Below, piece by piece: positions 47,655 to 60,422 of a stretch of 64,000 nt of DNA. Both the position numbers and the translations under genes were made by a program. The stretch comes from Myxococcales bacterium (lineage in GTDB: Bacteria; Myxococcota_A; Bradymonadia; UBA7976; UBA1532): positions 93,821 through 157,820 of the forward strand of contig JACKDL010000007.1 of assembly GCA_020633555.1 (NCBI GenBank). The letters are read 5' to 3'. Numbering within the stretch: the first letter of the stretch is position 1; the number at the start of each line of letters is the position of its first letter. The notes under the pieces were generated by a model that was given only the letters and a program-made list of their open reading frames with translations, did not search any database and was not told the origin of the DNA.

Positions 47655-50600
47655 TGAACGGACCAACGATCGCAAGCACTGGCGCAGCCTGGACGAGCGC
47701 GAGGCCACCCCGGCGTGGCGCGAGGCGGTCGGCAACGAGTTTGCTGAGGACGTCGTCGCGCCGGAGATGGATGGGCCCACCGGCGCCACTTCCTGGGCGT
47801 GATGGGCGCGTCGATGGCCATGACCAGCCTCGCGGGCTGCGTGCGGCGGCCGGAAGAGAACATCCTGCCCTACGCCCAGGCGCCCGAGAGGTGCTGCCGG
47901 GCATGCCCAAGCTGGTACGCCACGGGCACGCAGCATCGGCGGCGACGCCATCGGCCTGCTGGTGGAGAGCCACGAGGGGCGCCCGACCAAGATCGAGGGC
48001 AACCCCGCCCACCAGCACGAGCCTGTCGGGGGCGCACCTGGCCATGCACCAGGGCATGGTGCTCGACCTGTACGATCCGACCCGTCGCGCCTCAAGACGC
48101 CGCGCAAAGGGGCCTCGCGGCGAGTGGGAGGACGCGACCAGCTTCATCGTGCGACCCACTTCGCCGGCCTGCGCGAGGGCCGCGGGGCCGAGCTGGCGGT
48201 GCTCTGCGCCGACCTGCCCTCGCCCACGCTCCTGGCGCTGCGCGAGCGGTTCGTCGCCACCTTCCCGGCAGGCGCTGGTACACCTTCGAGTCGGTCAGCG
48301 ACGACAACCAGTGCGCGCGGGCCTGCAACGCGGTGTTCACGGACAGGGCGCCAAGCCCGGTGAGGCCCTGCGGCCCCACTACCGGCTGCACGAGCGCTTC
48401 GACGTCATCGTGCTGGCCATCGACGCCGACTTCCTCGGCACCGAGGGCGACGCGGTGCAGAACGCGCGGCATCTGGGCCGAGACGCGCAGCGTCGACAAG
48501 GCCCGGCGACCGCGATGAGCCGGCTCTACGCCGTCGAGGGAACTACTACAGCGTCACCGGCACAACGCCGATCACCGGCTGCGGCTGCGCAACGCCGAGG
48601 TGGAGCAGTTCACCTTCGGCCTCGCCGCCAAGCTGGCCGAGCAGCGGGCCGCCGGCACGCCCGCCGGCCGTGCTGCCGCGCGCCGCCAGAGGGTCGCCGC
48701 GCGCTCGGCGCGGCGTCGACGCCAAGGCGCAGAAGTTCATCGACGCCGCCGCCGACCTGCTGCCGATCCCGCGAACGGCGCGGACTGGCCGCGCCGCTGC
48801 TCATCGCCGGCCGCCGCCAGAGCGCCGGTGGTGCACGCGCTCGTGGCCGCCATCAACCAGGGCGCTCGGCGCGCAGGGCGTCACGCTCCAGTACTACTTC
48901 GACCAGCCCCGTGCGGACGACGACGACGCGACCGGCGCGACATGGCGGGGCTGAAGGCGCTGGTCGACGCGCTGCAACGGCGGATCAGGTCGAGACCCTG
49001 GTCATCCTGGGCGGCAACCCGGTCTACACCGCCCCGGGCGACCTCGACTTCGCCGCCGCCATGAAGAAGGGCAAGCACCCGCATCGTGCCTGGCGGACCA
49101 GCACGACGAGACCAGCGGCCCTGGCCACCTGGGCCATCCCGCGGGCCCATTTCCTCGAGGCCTGGGGCGACGTCTGGCCGCGCCACCGACGGCACGGTCA
49201 CCATCCAGCAGCCGCTGATCGCGCCGCTGCACGGCGCCTGGAGCGAGATCGAGCTGCTCGCGCGCAGTTGCTCGGCGACGGCAAGACCGACGGCTACGAC
49301 GTGGTGCGCGAGCTCTGGAAGCGCAAGCACGGGCGCCAAGGGCTTCCACAAGCGCCTGGCGGCGCTGGCTGCACGACGGCCGCATGCCTGAGCCGTTCTT
49401 CGGGGCCTTGCCGGCCTACAAGAACGTCAACCAGGGCGCTGGGCGATCTGCTCGCCGGCGCCGGGCCCCGGCCCCCGACGGAGGCCAGCCCGCGAGATCA
49501 TCTTCGTCGACGACGCCCGAACCTGTTCGACGGCCGCTTCGCCAACAACAGCTGGCTGCAGGAGGCCCCGGACCCGCTGACCAAGCTCACCTGGGACAAC
49601 GTGGCGCTGATCAGCCCGGCCACCGCCAAGCGCCTGGGCATCGAGGATGAGGACCGCGTGCGGGTCGAGGATCAACGGCGCCGTCGCTCGACACCGCCGC
49701 CTGGATCCTGCCGGGTCTGGCCGACAACACCGTGGCCGTGGCGCTCGGCTACGGGCGGCAGTTCGACAACTACCTGCCCTACCACGACAGGGGGCATGGT
49801 CGGCTTCGACGTCAACCGCGCTGCGCAGCCACACCGCGCCCGGCTGGGCCGCGGCGCGCGGGTCAGCAAGCGCGCCGGCAGTACCCGCTCGCCTGCGTGC
49901 AGCACTACGACCGGCAGGAGCCGGGCTACGGCTACCCAGCCCGCGCCCATGGTCCGCGAGAACGACGCTCGAGGGCTTCGCGGCAAGGACCCGAGTTCGC
50001 CAAGTCGGGCATCATCGAGCACGGCGAGCGCCGGCACGGCGCCGCCGAGATGCGGTGGTCCTCCACCCGCCGCTGAAGACCCTGTACGGCGCACGCGACC
50101 CCGCAGGACAGCAAGGGCATGCAGTGGGGCATGGTCATCGACCTGAACCGCTGCACCGGCTGCAACGCCTGCGTGGTGGCCTGCCGTGTCCGAGAACAAC
50201 ATGCCCTCGGTCGGCAAGGACCAGGTCATGCGCGGTCGCGAGATGCACTGGATCCGCATCGACCGCTACTTCGTCGGCGACGATGCGGCCCCCAGGTCGT
50301 GCACCAGCCCCATCGTCTGCCAGCAGTGCGAGATGGCGCCCTGCGAGAACGTCTGCCCGGTCGCCGCCACCGACGCACAGCCCCGAGGGGCTCAACGACA
50401 TGGCCTACAACCGCTGCATCGGCACGCGGTACTGCGCGAACAACTGCCCGTTCAAGGTGCGGAAGTTCAACTTCTACAACTACTCGAAGGGCAGCCCGAG
50501 GTCTACCACATGGTGCGCAACCCCGACGTCACGGTGCGATTCCGCGGCGTGATGGAGAAGTGCACCTACTGCGTGCAGCGCATCAACCGCACAAGCGCCG

Positions 50601-50851
50601 GGCGAAGCCCAGTTTGCGTCCGACCGCGAAGGTGGCGCAGAGGTCATCGACGAGATCGTCAGGTCGCCTGCCAGCAGGCCTGCCCGACCCAGGCCATCAC
50701 CTTCGGCGACATCAACGACAAGGACAGCGAGGTCAGCAAGTGGAAGGCCCAGGATCGGGACTACCAGCTGCTGAGCGAGCTGAACCTGAAGCCGCGCACG
50801 TCGTACCTGGCCAAGGTGCGCAACCCCAACCCCAAGCCTCGGCTGGGCTGA
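47650..50851 (+). pseudogene. actB: Alternative Complex III molybdopterin-oxidoreductase-like Fe-S subunit ActB; fragmented into at least 10 frame segments
   Basis: Recoverable pieces in order: DRKHWRSLDEREATP, Tat-like SRRHFLGVMGASMAMTSLAGC, ENILPYAQAPE, EVLPGMPKL, ESHEGRPTKIEGNPAH, WYTFESVSDDNQ, MSRLYAVEG, then the ferredoxin-like C-terminal module [22 protein letters not shown] / [18 protein letters not shown] / [26 protein letters not shown] / KCTYCVQRI. It ends ...NPKPRLG at 50849-50851. The start is unresolved. Confidence 0.65.
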
Positions 50852-50855
50852 GACG

Positions 50856-52270
<1,415 letters not shown>

Positions 52271-52278
<8 letters not shown>

Positions 52279-52810
52279 CAAGAAGCGCAACTGGGGCGTG
52301 GTCGCGCAGTTCGCCAACCCGGCGGACCTGCTCCACGCGGCCCAGAAGGCTCGCGAGGCGGGCTACAAGAAGTTCGAGGTCTACTCGCCCTTCCCCGTGC
52401 ACGGGATGGACGACGCCATGGGCCTGCCCGGCTCCAAGGTGCCCTGGATCTCGCTGATGGGTGGCCTGACGGGAATGACCATCGGGCTCACGCTGCAGTG
52501 GTGGACCGGCGCGGTGGACTACCCGCTCGTCATCGGCGGCAAGCCCCTGTTCGCCTGGGAGTTCGGTCTCCCGGTCACCTTCGAGCTCTCGGTCCTGCTG
52601 GCCAGCTTCGGCACGGTCTTCGGCATGTTCGCGCTGAACAAGCTGCCCAAGCCGTACCACCCGCTGGACAAGGTGCCGATGTTCAAGGGCGTGACGGACG
52701 ACAAGTTCTTCATGTCCATCGAGGTCGCCGATCCGATGTTCGACCTGCACAAGAGCCAGGCGTTCCTCGAGGAAATCGGCGGCACGAACGTCACCGTGGT
52801 GGAGGAGTAA
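52271..52810 (+). CDS. actD: Alternative Complex III subunit ActD (DUF3341 family)
   Basis: 179 aa from [51 protein letters not shown], the conserved ActD N-terminus, followed by two TM helices. The start overlaps the actC stop. Confidence 0.85.
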
Positions 52811-52817
52811 GCGCGAC

Positions 52818-53477
52818 ATGGCGTGGACGAAGCACATGCTGCGCGTCGCCCTGGCCGGTGTGGCCGGCGTGGCGCTCCTCAGCGGGTGTCGGGGCACCCC
52901 GTCGGCCGAGCCGCCGGTGCACCTGAACCCCAACATGGACACCCAGGACAAGTACAAGCCCCAGCGGATCTCGACCTTCTTCGAGGACGGTCGGGCCATG
53001 CGCCCGCCGGTGCCCGGCACCGTGGGCCGCGACCTGCTGGACACCCAGATCCTGGGCAAGAAGGACGACCGCTTCCTCCGTGAAGACGACGCCTTCTGGC
53101 GCGGGCAGGACGAGAACGGCACCCAGGTGGACAAGATCCCCGTGGCTGTCGATCTGAAGCTCCTGAAGCGGGGCCAGCAGCGGTACGACATCTACTGCGC
53201 GCCCTGCCACGACGCGGCGGGCTACGGGCAGGGCACCGTCGCCATGCGCGGCAAGCTCAACGTCCCCTCGTACCACCAGGACTACATCCGCGGGTACAAG
53301 GACGGCTACATCTTCGACGTGATCAGCAACGGCTCGCCCTCGCAGATCATGAAGGGCTACAAGCACCAGATTCCGGTCGCCGACCGCTGGGCCATCGTCG
53401 CCTACCTGCGGACGCTGCAGCGCAGCCAGAACGCGACCGCGGCGGACGTGCCGCCCGAGCAGCAGGGGAAGCTCTGA
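52818..53477 (+). CDS. actE: Alternative Complex III monoheme cytochrome c subunit ActE (lipoprotein)
   Basis: Signal plus lipobox LLSGC. Single CAPCHD heme-binding motif. 219 aa. Confidence 0.85.
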   Translation: MAWTKHMLRVALAGVAGVALLSGCRGTPSAEPPVHLNPNMDTQDKYKPQRISTFFEDGRAMRPPVPGTVGRDLLDTQILGKKDDRFLREDDAFWRGQDENGTQVDKIPVAVDLKLLKRGQQRYDIYCAPCHDAAGYGQGTVAMRGKLNVPSYHQDYIRGYKDGYIFDVISNGSPSQIMKGYKHQIPVADRWAIVAYLRTLQRSQNATAADVPPEQQGKL

Positions 53478-54685
53478 TGGGTCACGACAAGCAGTTCACC
53501 GACGCCCCCAAGCTCGACGCGGGCATGGCGGACAAGGCCTTCAAGATCGCTGCGGCGGTCGGGGCCGTGGGGATCCTGGCGAGCGTGGGCCTGGCCTTCT
53601 CGGGCGATGAGGCGAAGCACCAGTTCTTCTTCAGCTGGCTCACCGCCTTCATGTGGTGCCTGACCATCGGCCTGGGCGCGCTGTTCTTCATCATCATCCA
53701 CCACCTGACCCGCGCCACCTGGAGCGCGAGCACGCGGCGGATCGCGGAGAACGTGGCCATCAACCTGCCGCTGATGGCCATCCTGTTCATCCCCATCGCC
53801 ATCGGCCTGCACGATCTCTACCACTGGAGCCACGAGGAGGCCGTCGCCAACGACCCCATCCTGAAGTGGAAGGCCGGCTACCTGAACGCGCCCTTCTTCT
53901 TCGTGCGCGCCGCGGTGTACTTCGCGGTGTGGGGCGGGCTGGCGTGGTTCTTCCGCAGCAACAGCGTCAAGCAGGACGAGTCCGGCGACGAGGCCCTGAG
54001 CTTCAAGATGCGGCGGCTGGCCCCCGTGGGGATCCTCACCTTCGCCCTGTCGGCCACCTTCGCGGCCTTCGACTGGACGATGAGCCTGGATCCGCACTGG
54101 TTCAGCACCATGTTCGGCGTCTACACCTTCGCGGGCGGCGTGGTCTCGTGGTTCGCCTTCGGCATCCTGGCCATCGCCTGGCTGCAGAAGAGCGGCGCGC
54201 TGAAGCACACCATCACCACCGGCAACCGGCACGACTTCGGCAAGCTGATGTTCGGCTTCATCGTGTTCTGGGCCTACGTGACCTTCAGCCAGTACTACCT
54301 GATCTGGTACGCCAACATCCCCGAGGAGACCGCCTGGTTCGCCCACCGGTCCGTCGAGGGCTGGAGCAACATCGGCGCGCTGATCATCATCGGCCACTTC
54401 ATCGTGCCCTTCTGGGTCCTGCTCAGCCGGCACGTGAAGCGCTTCCCCCTCAGCCTGAACCTGGCCGCGGTGTGGATGCTGCTGATGCACTTCGTGGATC
54501 TGTACTTCGTGATCATGCCGACGCTGCACCACCACGGCCTGCACTTCCATGTGCTGGACCTGACCACCCTGCTCGGGGTGGGTGGGGTGTTCGTCGCGGC
54601 CTTCGCCTTCCGCTTCAAGAAGGACGCCGCGGTGGCTCACAAGGACCCGCAGCTCCTGGCCTCGATGAGGTACGACAATGCCTGA
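53477..54685 (+). CDS. actF: Alternative Complex III NrfD-like membrane subunit ActF
   Basis: 402 aa with about 10 TM helices. A second NrfD-like subunit of the locus. The start overlaps the actE stop (TGATG). Confidence 0.85.
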   Translation: MGHDKQFTDAPKLDAGMADKAFKIAAAVGAVGILASVGLAFSGDEAKHQFFFSWLTAFMWCLTIGLGALFFIIIHHLTRATWSASTRRIAENVAINLPLMAILFIPIAIGLHDLYHWSHEEAVANDPILKWKAGYLNAPFFFVRAAVYFAVWGGLAWFFRSNSVKQDESGDEALSFKMRRLAPVGILTFALSATFAAFDWTMSLDPHWFSTMFGVYTFAGGVVSWFAFGILAIAWLQKSGALKHTITTGNRHDFGKLMFGFIVFWAYVTFSQYYLIWYANIPEETAWFAHRSVEGWSNIGALIIIGHFIVPFWVLLSRHVKRFPLSLNLAAVWMLLMHFVDLYFVIMPTLHHHGLHFHVLDLTTLLGVGGVFVAAFAFRFKKDAAVAHKDPQLLASMRYDNA

Positions 54686-55049
54686 GCACGCGCACGAGGA
54701 GCACACCGACGGGGCACACGCCGGGGGGCACGGGGACCACGGTCACCACGACCACCACCCGCTGCCCCCTCCGGAGCCGGACGCCGTCGCGGCGGTCAGC
54801 ATCTTCGCGTGGGGCTTCGGCACCTTCGCGCTGGTGGTGGCCACCATCGGCCTGTTGAGCGGCTACTTCTGGATGGAGCGCCGCGCCGAGGAGCACGTGA
54901 AGGTCTACGAGTCCTTCGTGCCCAAGGCGCAGGTGGAGGCCCAGGCCGTGGCGCAGAAGCGCCTGGAGGGCTACCGCAAGCTCGAGAACGGCAAGGTGCA
55001 GATCCCCATCGAGCGGGCCATGGAGCTCGAGGCGAAGGGGCAGCGCTGA
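54678..55049 (+). CDS. small single-TM protein with His-rich N-terminus (possible ActG-like accessory subunit)
   Basis: MPEHAHEEHTDGAHAGGHGDHGHHDHHP, then TM VSIFAWGFGTFALVVATIGLLSGYFWM, then a charged tail. The start overlaps the actF stop. Confidence 0.6.
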   Translation: MPEHAHEEHTDGAHAGGHGDHGHHDHHPLPPPEPDAVAAVSIFAWGFGTFALVVATIGLLSGYFWMERRAEEHVKVYESFVPKAQVEAQAVAQKRLEGYRKLENGKVQIPIERAMELEAKGQR

Positions 55050-55053
55050 GCCG

Positions 55054-55890
55054 ATGCGGTGGGTGATGCCCTCTTTCAGACCCGGCGTGCTCGCCTTGGT
55101 CGCGATGATCCTCGCGGCCGGGGCGGACGTGTGCGCCGAGGAGCTGAACCCCAAGGAGTTTGACGGGGTCGGCATCACCGAGCACCTGGGGGACGCCGTG
55201 CCGGCGGACCTCACCTTCAAGGACGAGACGGGGAAGTCGGTCCGCCTGGCGGATTACTTCGACGGCGAGAAGCCGGTCATCCTGACCCTCGTCTACTACA
55301 ACTGTCCGATGCTCTGTAACATGGTCCTCAACGGGGTCATCGAGGGCATCCGGCCGTTGGACTGGCGCCCGGGTCGGGACTACCGAATCCTCAGCGTCAG
55401 CATCGATCACCGCGAGCAGCCCGAGCTGGCTGCGGCGAAGAAGAAGAGCTACCTGACCGAGCTGGGCGACGAGTCCGCCGGCGCCGGGTGGCACTTCCTC
55501 ACCGGCGATCGGCAGGCTATCAAGGCCCTGGCCGACGCGGTGGGCTTTGGCTTCCGGTACGATCCCGACCGGATGGAGTATGCCCACGGGGCCGCGATCT
55601 TCATGGTCTCGCCCGAGGGCAAGCTCACCCGCTATCTGTACGGCATCCAGTTCGAGCCCAAGCAGCTCAAGCTGGCGCTGACCGAGGCGGGCCAGGGCAA
55701 GCTGGGCAGCGCGATCGACCAGTTCGTGCTGCGCTGCTATCACTACGACCCCGACAGCCGGAAGTACGGCATCTATGTCTGGGGCGTCATGCGCATGGGC
55801 GGTCTGCTGACCGTCCTGATCATCGGGTTCATGCTTTTGGTTTTCTGGCGGCGCGAGCGCCGCCGCGGCACGGTCGTCAGCCCCGCATAG
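55054..55890 (+). CDS. SCO1/SenC family copper chaperone for cytochrome oxidase assembly
   Basis: Thioredoxin-like domain with CPMLC (CxxxC Cu-binding) in ...PVILTLVYYNCPMLCNMVLNG.... N-terminal signal/TM and a C-terminal TM anchor. Confidence 0.85.
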   Translation: MRWVMPSFRPGVLALVAMILAAGADVCAEELNPKEFDGVGITEHLGDAVPADLTFKDETGKSVRLADYFDGEKPVILTLVYYNCPMLCNMVLNGVIEGIRPLDWRPGRDYRILSVSIDHREQPELAAAKKKSYLTELGDESAGAGWHFLTGDRQAIKALADAVGFGFRYDPDRMEYAHGAAIFMVSPEGKLTRYLYGIQFEPKQLKLALTEAGQGKLGSAIDQFVLRCYHYDPDSRKYGIYVWGVMRMGGLLTVLIIGFMLLVFWRRERRRGTVVSPA

Positions 55891-55943
55891 GGCCGGCGAT
55901 CTGCTGGACGCGACGCGGGCCTGAGGGGGCCACGGAGAGTGTG

Positions 55944-56894
55944 ATGGCGAGCGGTAGCGAAGGCGGCTTCTGGCTGCCTCCCCAGGGATCCACGGCCGCG
56001 GGTGGGGTCGACGGTCTCTTCGACTTCATCTACTGGCTGAACGTGTTCTTCTTCGTGCTCATCACGGGCGCGGTCGTGTACTTCGTGATGAAGTACAAGC
56101 GGAAGAGCGACGACCAGCTCGCGACCTCACAGGTGGGGCACAACACCCTCATGGAGGCCACCTGGACCTTCGTGCCCTTGATCCTGGTGATCGTCATCTT
56201 CGCGTGGGGCTTCCGCACCTACCTGAACCTGACGGTGGCCCCCGAAGGGGCCTACCAGGTGAAGGTCACGGGGCAGAAGTGGAGCTGGAACTTCACCCAC
56301 CCCGACGGGACGGTGAACACCGGCGAGCTGCACGTGCCGGCGAACCGCCCGGTGAAGCTGCTGCTCAGCTCCCGCGACGTGATCCACTCCTTCTTCGTGC
56401 CGGACTTCCGCATCAAGCAGGACGCCGTGCCCGGCCGCTACACCACCGCCTGGTTCCAGGCGAAGGCGGCGGGTGAGCATCAGGTGTTCTGCACCGAGTA
56501 CTGCGGCAAGGACCACTCGGCCATGCTGGCGAAGGTGCTCGTCCTCAGCGAGGAGGAGTTCGACGCCGGCAAGTGGAAGGTCAGCAAGCCGCCCGAAGGG
56601 ATGAGCGTCGCCGACTGGGGCGGCGACCTCTACAACAAGGTCGGCTGCAAGGCCTGCCACAGCGTGGACGGCAGCAAGCTGGTGGGTCCGAGCTTCAAGG
56701 GCCTGTTCGGCCGTGAAGAGAAGATCCAGGGCCAGGACCCGGTGATGGTCGACGAGAACTACCTGCGCGAGTCCATCATGGACCCGCAGGCCAAGATCGT
56801 CGAAGGCTTCGCGCCCGCCATGCCCTCGTACAAGGGGCAGCTGGACGACGCGAAGATCGACGCCATCATCGAATACATCAAGACGCTCAAGTAA
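55944..56894 (+). CDS. coxB: cytochrome c oxidase subunit II, caa3-type (CuA domain fused to C-terminal cytochrome c)
   Basis: Two N-terminal TM helices. CuA site HSFFVPDF...FCTEYCGKDHSAM (H...CxExCGxxHxxM). C-terminal CKACHS heme c motif. Confidence 0.92.
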   Translation: MASGSEGGFWLPPQGSTAAGGVDGLFDFIYWLNVFFFVLITGAVVYFVMKYKRKSDDQLATSQVGHNTLMEATWTFVPLILVIVIFAWGFRTYLNLTVAPEGAYQVKVTGQKWSWNFTHPDGTVNTGELHVPANRPVKLLLSSRDVIHSFFVPDFRIKQDAVPGRYTTAWFQAKAAGEHQVFCTEYCGKDHSAMLAKVLVLSEEEFDAGKWKVSKPPEGMSVADWGGDLYNKVGCKACHSVDGSKLVGPSFKGLFGREEKIQGQDPVMVDENYLRESIMDPQAKIVEGFAPAMPSYKGQLDDAKIDAIIEYIKTLK

Positions 56895-56909
56895 CGGGGT
56901 TCTGCGCAC

Positions 56910-58547
56910 ATGAACGCGACGACGACCCAGGCCGCTGTCGACCACGCGGACGCTCCGTACGAGGTCGACTACCTGAACTGCAAGAAGGGGATCCGCCACT
57001 GGCTGATCACCGTCGACCACAAGCGCATCGGCGTGATGTACCTGTGGTCGGTGATCGCCTCGTTCCTGCTGGGTGGCGTGCTCGCGCTGCTCATCCGGGC
57101 CGAGCTGTGGGGCCCCGGCGAGACCATCATGGGCCCGGACACCTACAACCGGGTGTTCACGCTGCACGGCCTGGCGATGGTGTTCCTCTTCATCATCCCC
57201 GGCATCCCGGCGGCCTTCGGCAACTTCGTGCTGCCGCTCATGCTCGGCGCGAAGGATGTGGCCTTCCCCCGGCTGAACCTGGCCAGCTTCTACGTCTACG
57301 TGGTGGGCTCGGTCATGGCGCTGTGGGCCATCATCGCCGGCGGCGTGGACACGGGCTGGACCTTCTACACCCCGTACAGCACGGGCGTGAGCGGCTCGGT
57401 CATGATGATGACCCTGGCCGCCTTCGTGCTGGGCTTCTCGTCCATCTTCACGGGGCTGAACTTCATCGTCACCGTGCACAAGATGCGCGCCCCGGGCATG
57501 ACCTGGGACCGCCTGCCCCTGGCGGTGTGGGCCTTCTACGCCACGGCGATCATCCAGGTGATGGCCACCCCGGTGCTGGGCATCACCCTGCTGCTGCTGG
57601 CCATGGAGCGCGCACTGGGCGTGGGCATCTTCGACCCGCAGCTCGGCGGCGATCCCGTGCTGTTCCAGCACTTCTTCTGGTTCTACAGCCACCCCGCCGT
57701 GTACGTGATGATCCTGCCCGGCATGGGCGTGATGAGTGAGCTCATCACCACCTTCGCCCGCAAGACCATCTTCGGCTACCGGGCCATCGCGCTGTCGTCC
57801 ATCGCCATCGCGGTCATCAGCTTCCTGGTGTGGGGCCACCACATGTTCGTGTCGGGCCAGTCGGCCTACGCGGGGATGATCTTCAGCTTCCTGACCTTCC
57901 TGGTGGCCATCCCCTCGGCCATCAAGGTCCTGAACTGGGTGGCCACCCTCTACGGCGGCAGCATCAGCCTCGAGACGCCGATGCTCTACGCCATCTGGTT
58001 CCTCATCCTGTTCACCATCGGCGGCCTGACCGGGATCTTCCTGGGCACCATGGGCACCGACGTGCACCTGCACGACACCTACTTCGTGGTGGCCCACTTC
58101 CACTACGTGATGATGGGCGGCACGGTCATGGCCTTCTTCGGGGCCCTGCACTACTGGTGGCCCAAGATGTTCGGCCGCATGTACAACGAGAAGCTCGCGA
58201 AGATCGCGGCCTGGCTCGTCTTCATCGGCTTCAACATCACCTTCTTCACCCAGTTCGTTCTGGGCAGCCGCGGCATGCCCCGGCGCTACTACGACTACCT
58301 CCCGGAGTTCGAGACCCTGCACAAGATCTCGACCTCGGGGACGTGGTTCCTGGGCGTGGCCGTGCTGATGATGATCGGCTACCTCTTCAGCTCGCTGAAG
58401 AAGGGCGAGAAGGCGCCGGCCAACCCCTGGGGCGCCCGCTCCCTGGAGTGGTCGATCCAGTCGCCGCCCATCGAGCACAACTTCCACGAGATCCCGACGG
58501 TGGTCGAGGGGCCGTACGAGTACCCCAAGGCCGGGGCCAAGGCCTGA
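56910..58547 (+). CDS. coxA: cytochrome c oxidase subunit I
   Basis: 545 aa, 12 TM helices. Conserved WFFGHPEVY-type region ([17 protein letters not shown]), heme a/a3 and CuB histidines ([18 protein letters not shown]). Confidence 0.95.
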   Translation: MNATTTQAAVDHADAPYEVDYLNCKKGIRHWLITVDHKRIGVMYLWSVIASFLLGGVLALLIRAELWGPGETIMGPDTYNRVFTLHGLAMVFLFIIPGIPAAFGNFVLPLMLGAKDVAFPRLNLASFYVYVVGSVMALWAIIAGGVDTGWTFYTPYSTGVSGSVMMMTLAAFVLGFSSIFTGLNFIVTVHKMRAPGMTWDRLPLAVWAFYATAIIQVMATPVLGITLLLLAMERALGVGIFDPQLGGDPVLFQHFFWFYSHPAVYVMILPGMGVMSELITTFARKTIFGYRAIALSSIAIAVISFLVWGHHMFVSGQSAYAGMIFSFLTFLVAIPSAIKVLNWVATLYGGSISLETPMLYAIWFLILFTIGGLTGIFLGTMGTDVHLHDTYFVVAHFHYVMMGGTVMAFFGALHYWWPKMFGRMYNEKLAKIAAWLVFIGFNITFFTQFVLGSRGMPRRYYDYLPEFETLHKISTSGTWFLGVAVLMMIGYLFSSLKKGEKAPANPWGARSLEWSIQSPPIEHNFHEIPTVVEGPYEYPKAGAKA

Positions 58548-58568
58548 GGCGACGGAGCTGACACGCAC

Positions 58569-59219
58569 ATGAGCACGCTCGTTCGACACGAAGTCGCCCA
58601 TCACTTCCACTCCGCGGATCAGGAGTCATCCTCCGCGAAGCTGGGGATGTGGCTGTTCCTGGTCACCGAGGTCCTGCTGTTCAGCGGGCTCTTCGTGGCC
58701 TACACGGTCATCAAGTCCATCAACCCGGTCATGTGGGCCGAGGCGTCGAAGACCCTCGACGTGACCATGGGCACGGTGAACACCCTGGTGCTGATCACCA
58801 GCTCGTTCACGGTGGCGCTCGCGACCCGCGTGGCGCAGACCAACAAGAAGGGGGAGAAGAACGGTCAGCTCGTCGGCTTGCTGGCGGCGACCGTCCTCCT
58901 GGCCGGCTGCTTCCTGGTGGTGAAGTACTTCGAGTACAGCCACAAGATCCACATGGGGCTCCTGCCGGGCACCCACTACTTCTACAACGGGATCGACGCC
59001 GCCAACCCGCACCTGTTCTTCGGGGTCTACTTCCTGATGACGGGCCTGCACGGCATCCACGTGGTCATCGGGATGATCGTGCTGACCTGGGTCATGCTGC
59101 GCGCCATGAAGGGCCACTTCTACGAGGACTACTACACCCCCGTGGAGCTCGGCGGCCTGTACTGGCACCTGGTGGATCTGATCTGGATCTACCTCTTCCC
59201 CCTGCTCTACCTGGTCTAA
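58569..59219 (+). CDS. coxC: cytochrome c oxidase subunit III
   Basis: 216 aa, 5 TM helices, typical CoxIII ends ([16 protein letters not shown]... ...[17 protein letters not shown]). Confidence 0.9.
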   Translation: MSTLVRHEVAHHFHSADQESSSAKLGMWLFLVTEVLLFSGLFVAYTVIKSINPVMWAEASKTLDVTMGTVNTLVLITSSFTVALATRVAQTNKKGEKNGQLVGLLAATVLLAGCFLVVKYFEYSHKIHMGLLPGTHYFYNGIDAANPHLFFGVYFLMTGLHGIHVVIGMIVLTWVMLRAMKGHFYEDYYTPVELGGLYWHLVDLIWIYLFPLLYLV

Positions 59220-59232
59220 GGGAGGTCTTCCG

Positions 59233-60090
59233 ATGAGTGCCGAGCACACGGCCCACGGTGAGGGCCACCACCACCACATCACCCCGCTGAGCCACTACTT
59301 CGCCGTCTTCGGCGCCCTGTTGGTGCTCACCGCGGTGACCGTCTGGATCGCGCAGTTCCACTTCGGCGCGGCCAACACCCTGATCGCCATGCTGGTGGCG
59401 ACGATCAAGGCCAGCCTGGTGGCCCTGATCTTCATGCACCTGCTGTACGACGATCGCCTGAACAGCCTGACCTTCCTGTTCGGGCTGCTCTTCGTGGCGC
59501 TGTTCTTCATCTTCACGCTGACCGACGTGTACACGCGCGGGTTCATCGACCCGGTGCGGGACAACCACTACCTGCGCGACGAGCAGGTGGCCCAGCTCAA
59601 GCTGGCCGCCGAGGCGCAGCAGGACCTGCCGGCCCAGTACCCGAAGAAGACCATCGGCGAGGACTACCCGGTGGCCGAGGACGAGCGGGTCAACCCGCCC
59701 GCGCCGCCGCCGCCGCCCGCGCCCCCTGCTGCCCCGGCCACCGACGCCGAGGGCAACGTGATCGCGGCGCCCGAGGAGGCCCCCAAGCCGGCCTTCGCCG
59801 TCGATCCCGCCAAGGCCGAGCAGGGCAAGGCGCTGTTCGCCAGCAAGACCTGCGCGGCGTGCCACAGCCTCGACGGCAGCAAGCTGGTGGGGCCGACGAT
59901 GAAGGGCATCTGGGGCCGCAAGGAGGTCATGGCCGACGGCAGCGAGGTCATCGTCGATCAGGCCTACTGGCTGGAGTCCATCAAGACGCCCAACGCCAAG
60001 GTGGTGAAGGACTTCCCGCCCGCCATGCCCGTGCTGCCCGTCAGCGACGAGGAGGCCGAGGCCATCCTGCACTACGTCAACTCCCTGTGA
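59233..60090 (+). CDS. cytochrome c oxidase subunit IV (prokaryotic CoxIV family) fused to a C-terminal monoheme cytochrome c domain
   Basis: N-terminal His-rich segment and three TM helices (HYFAVFGALLVLTAVTVWIA...). Pro-rich linker PPAPPPPPAPPAAP. C-terminal CAACHS heme motif within a KLVGPTMKGIWGRKE... cyt c fold that parallels the CoxB C-terminal domain (KLVGPSFKGLFGREE). Confidence 0.8.
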   Translation: MSAEHTAHGEGHHHHITPLSHYFAVFGALLVLTAVTVWIAQFHFGAANTLIAMLVATIKASLVALIFMHLLYDDRLNSLTFLFGLLFVALFFIFTLTDVYTRGFIDPVRDNHYLRDEQVAQLKLAAEAQQDLPAQYPKKTIGEDYPVAEDERVNPPAPPPPPAPPAAPATDAEGNVIAAPEEAPKPAFAVDPAKAEQGKALFASKTCAACHSLDGSKLVGPTMKGIWGRKEVMADGSEVIVDQAYWLESIKTPNAKVVKDFPPAMPVLPVSDEEAEAILHYVNSL

Positions 60091-60422
60091 GCTGACGCCG
60101 TTGGGGCCCTCGCGGCCCTGACGCCCACCGCCTCCGCGGCGGTCCCCGCCACAGACGCCCTCCGGCGAAGTCGCCCCCCAGGCACCGCGCGTGTCGCACG
60201 GGGGGCTCTCGGCCCACTGGCCTGCGAGCAGGCTGTTGAAAATCGCTCCCGTCGCGAGCCGACCCCGTGGAATCCGCGGCTCCTGCGTTGCCGTCTCCTC
60301 GACGATGCTCTGGCATCGCCTGCGGGCCGCCGCCTTGGATCCGCGGCCCCACGGGGCCGTTCGCTCGGTCCGCGAATTTCAACAACCTGCTAGACTCCCC
60401 GACGTCGACTCGGGGGATCCCC

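Noticed and set aside
47642-50146. 834-aa single-frame + ORF across the actB region
   Set aside because: Only short islands of it are ActB-like. ActB sequence alternates between all three frames because of indels. As one polypeptide this ORF is mostly nonsense.
54678-55049. Calling the His-rich single-TM gene ActG with confidence
   Set aside because: Position after actF fits, but I cannot verify sequence similarity to characterised ActG from memory. I kept it as hypothetical.
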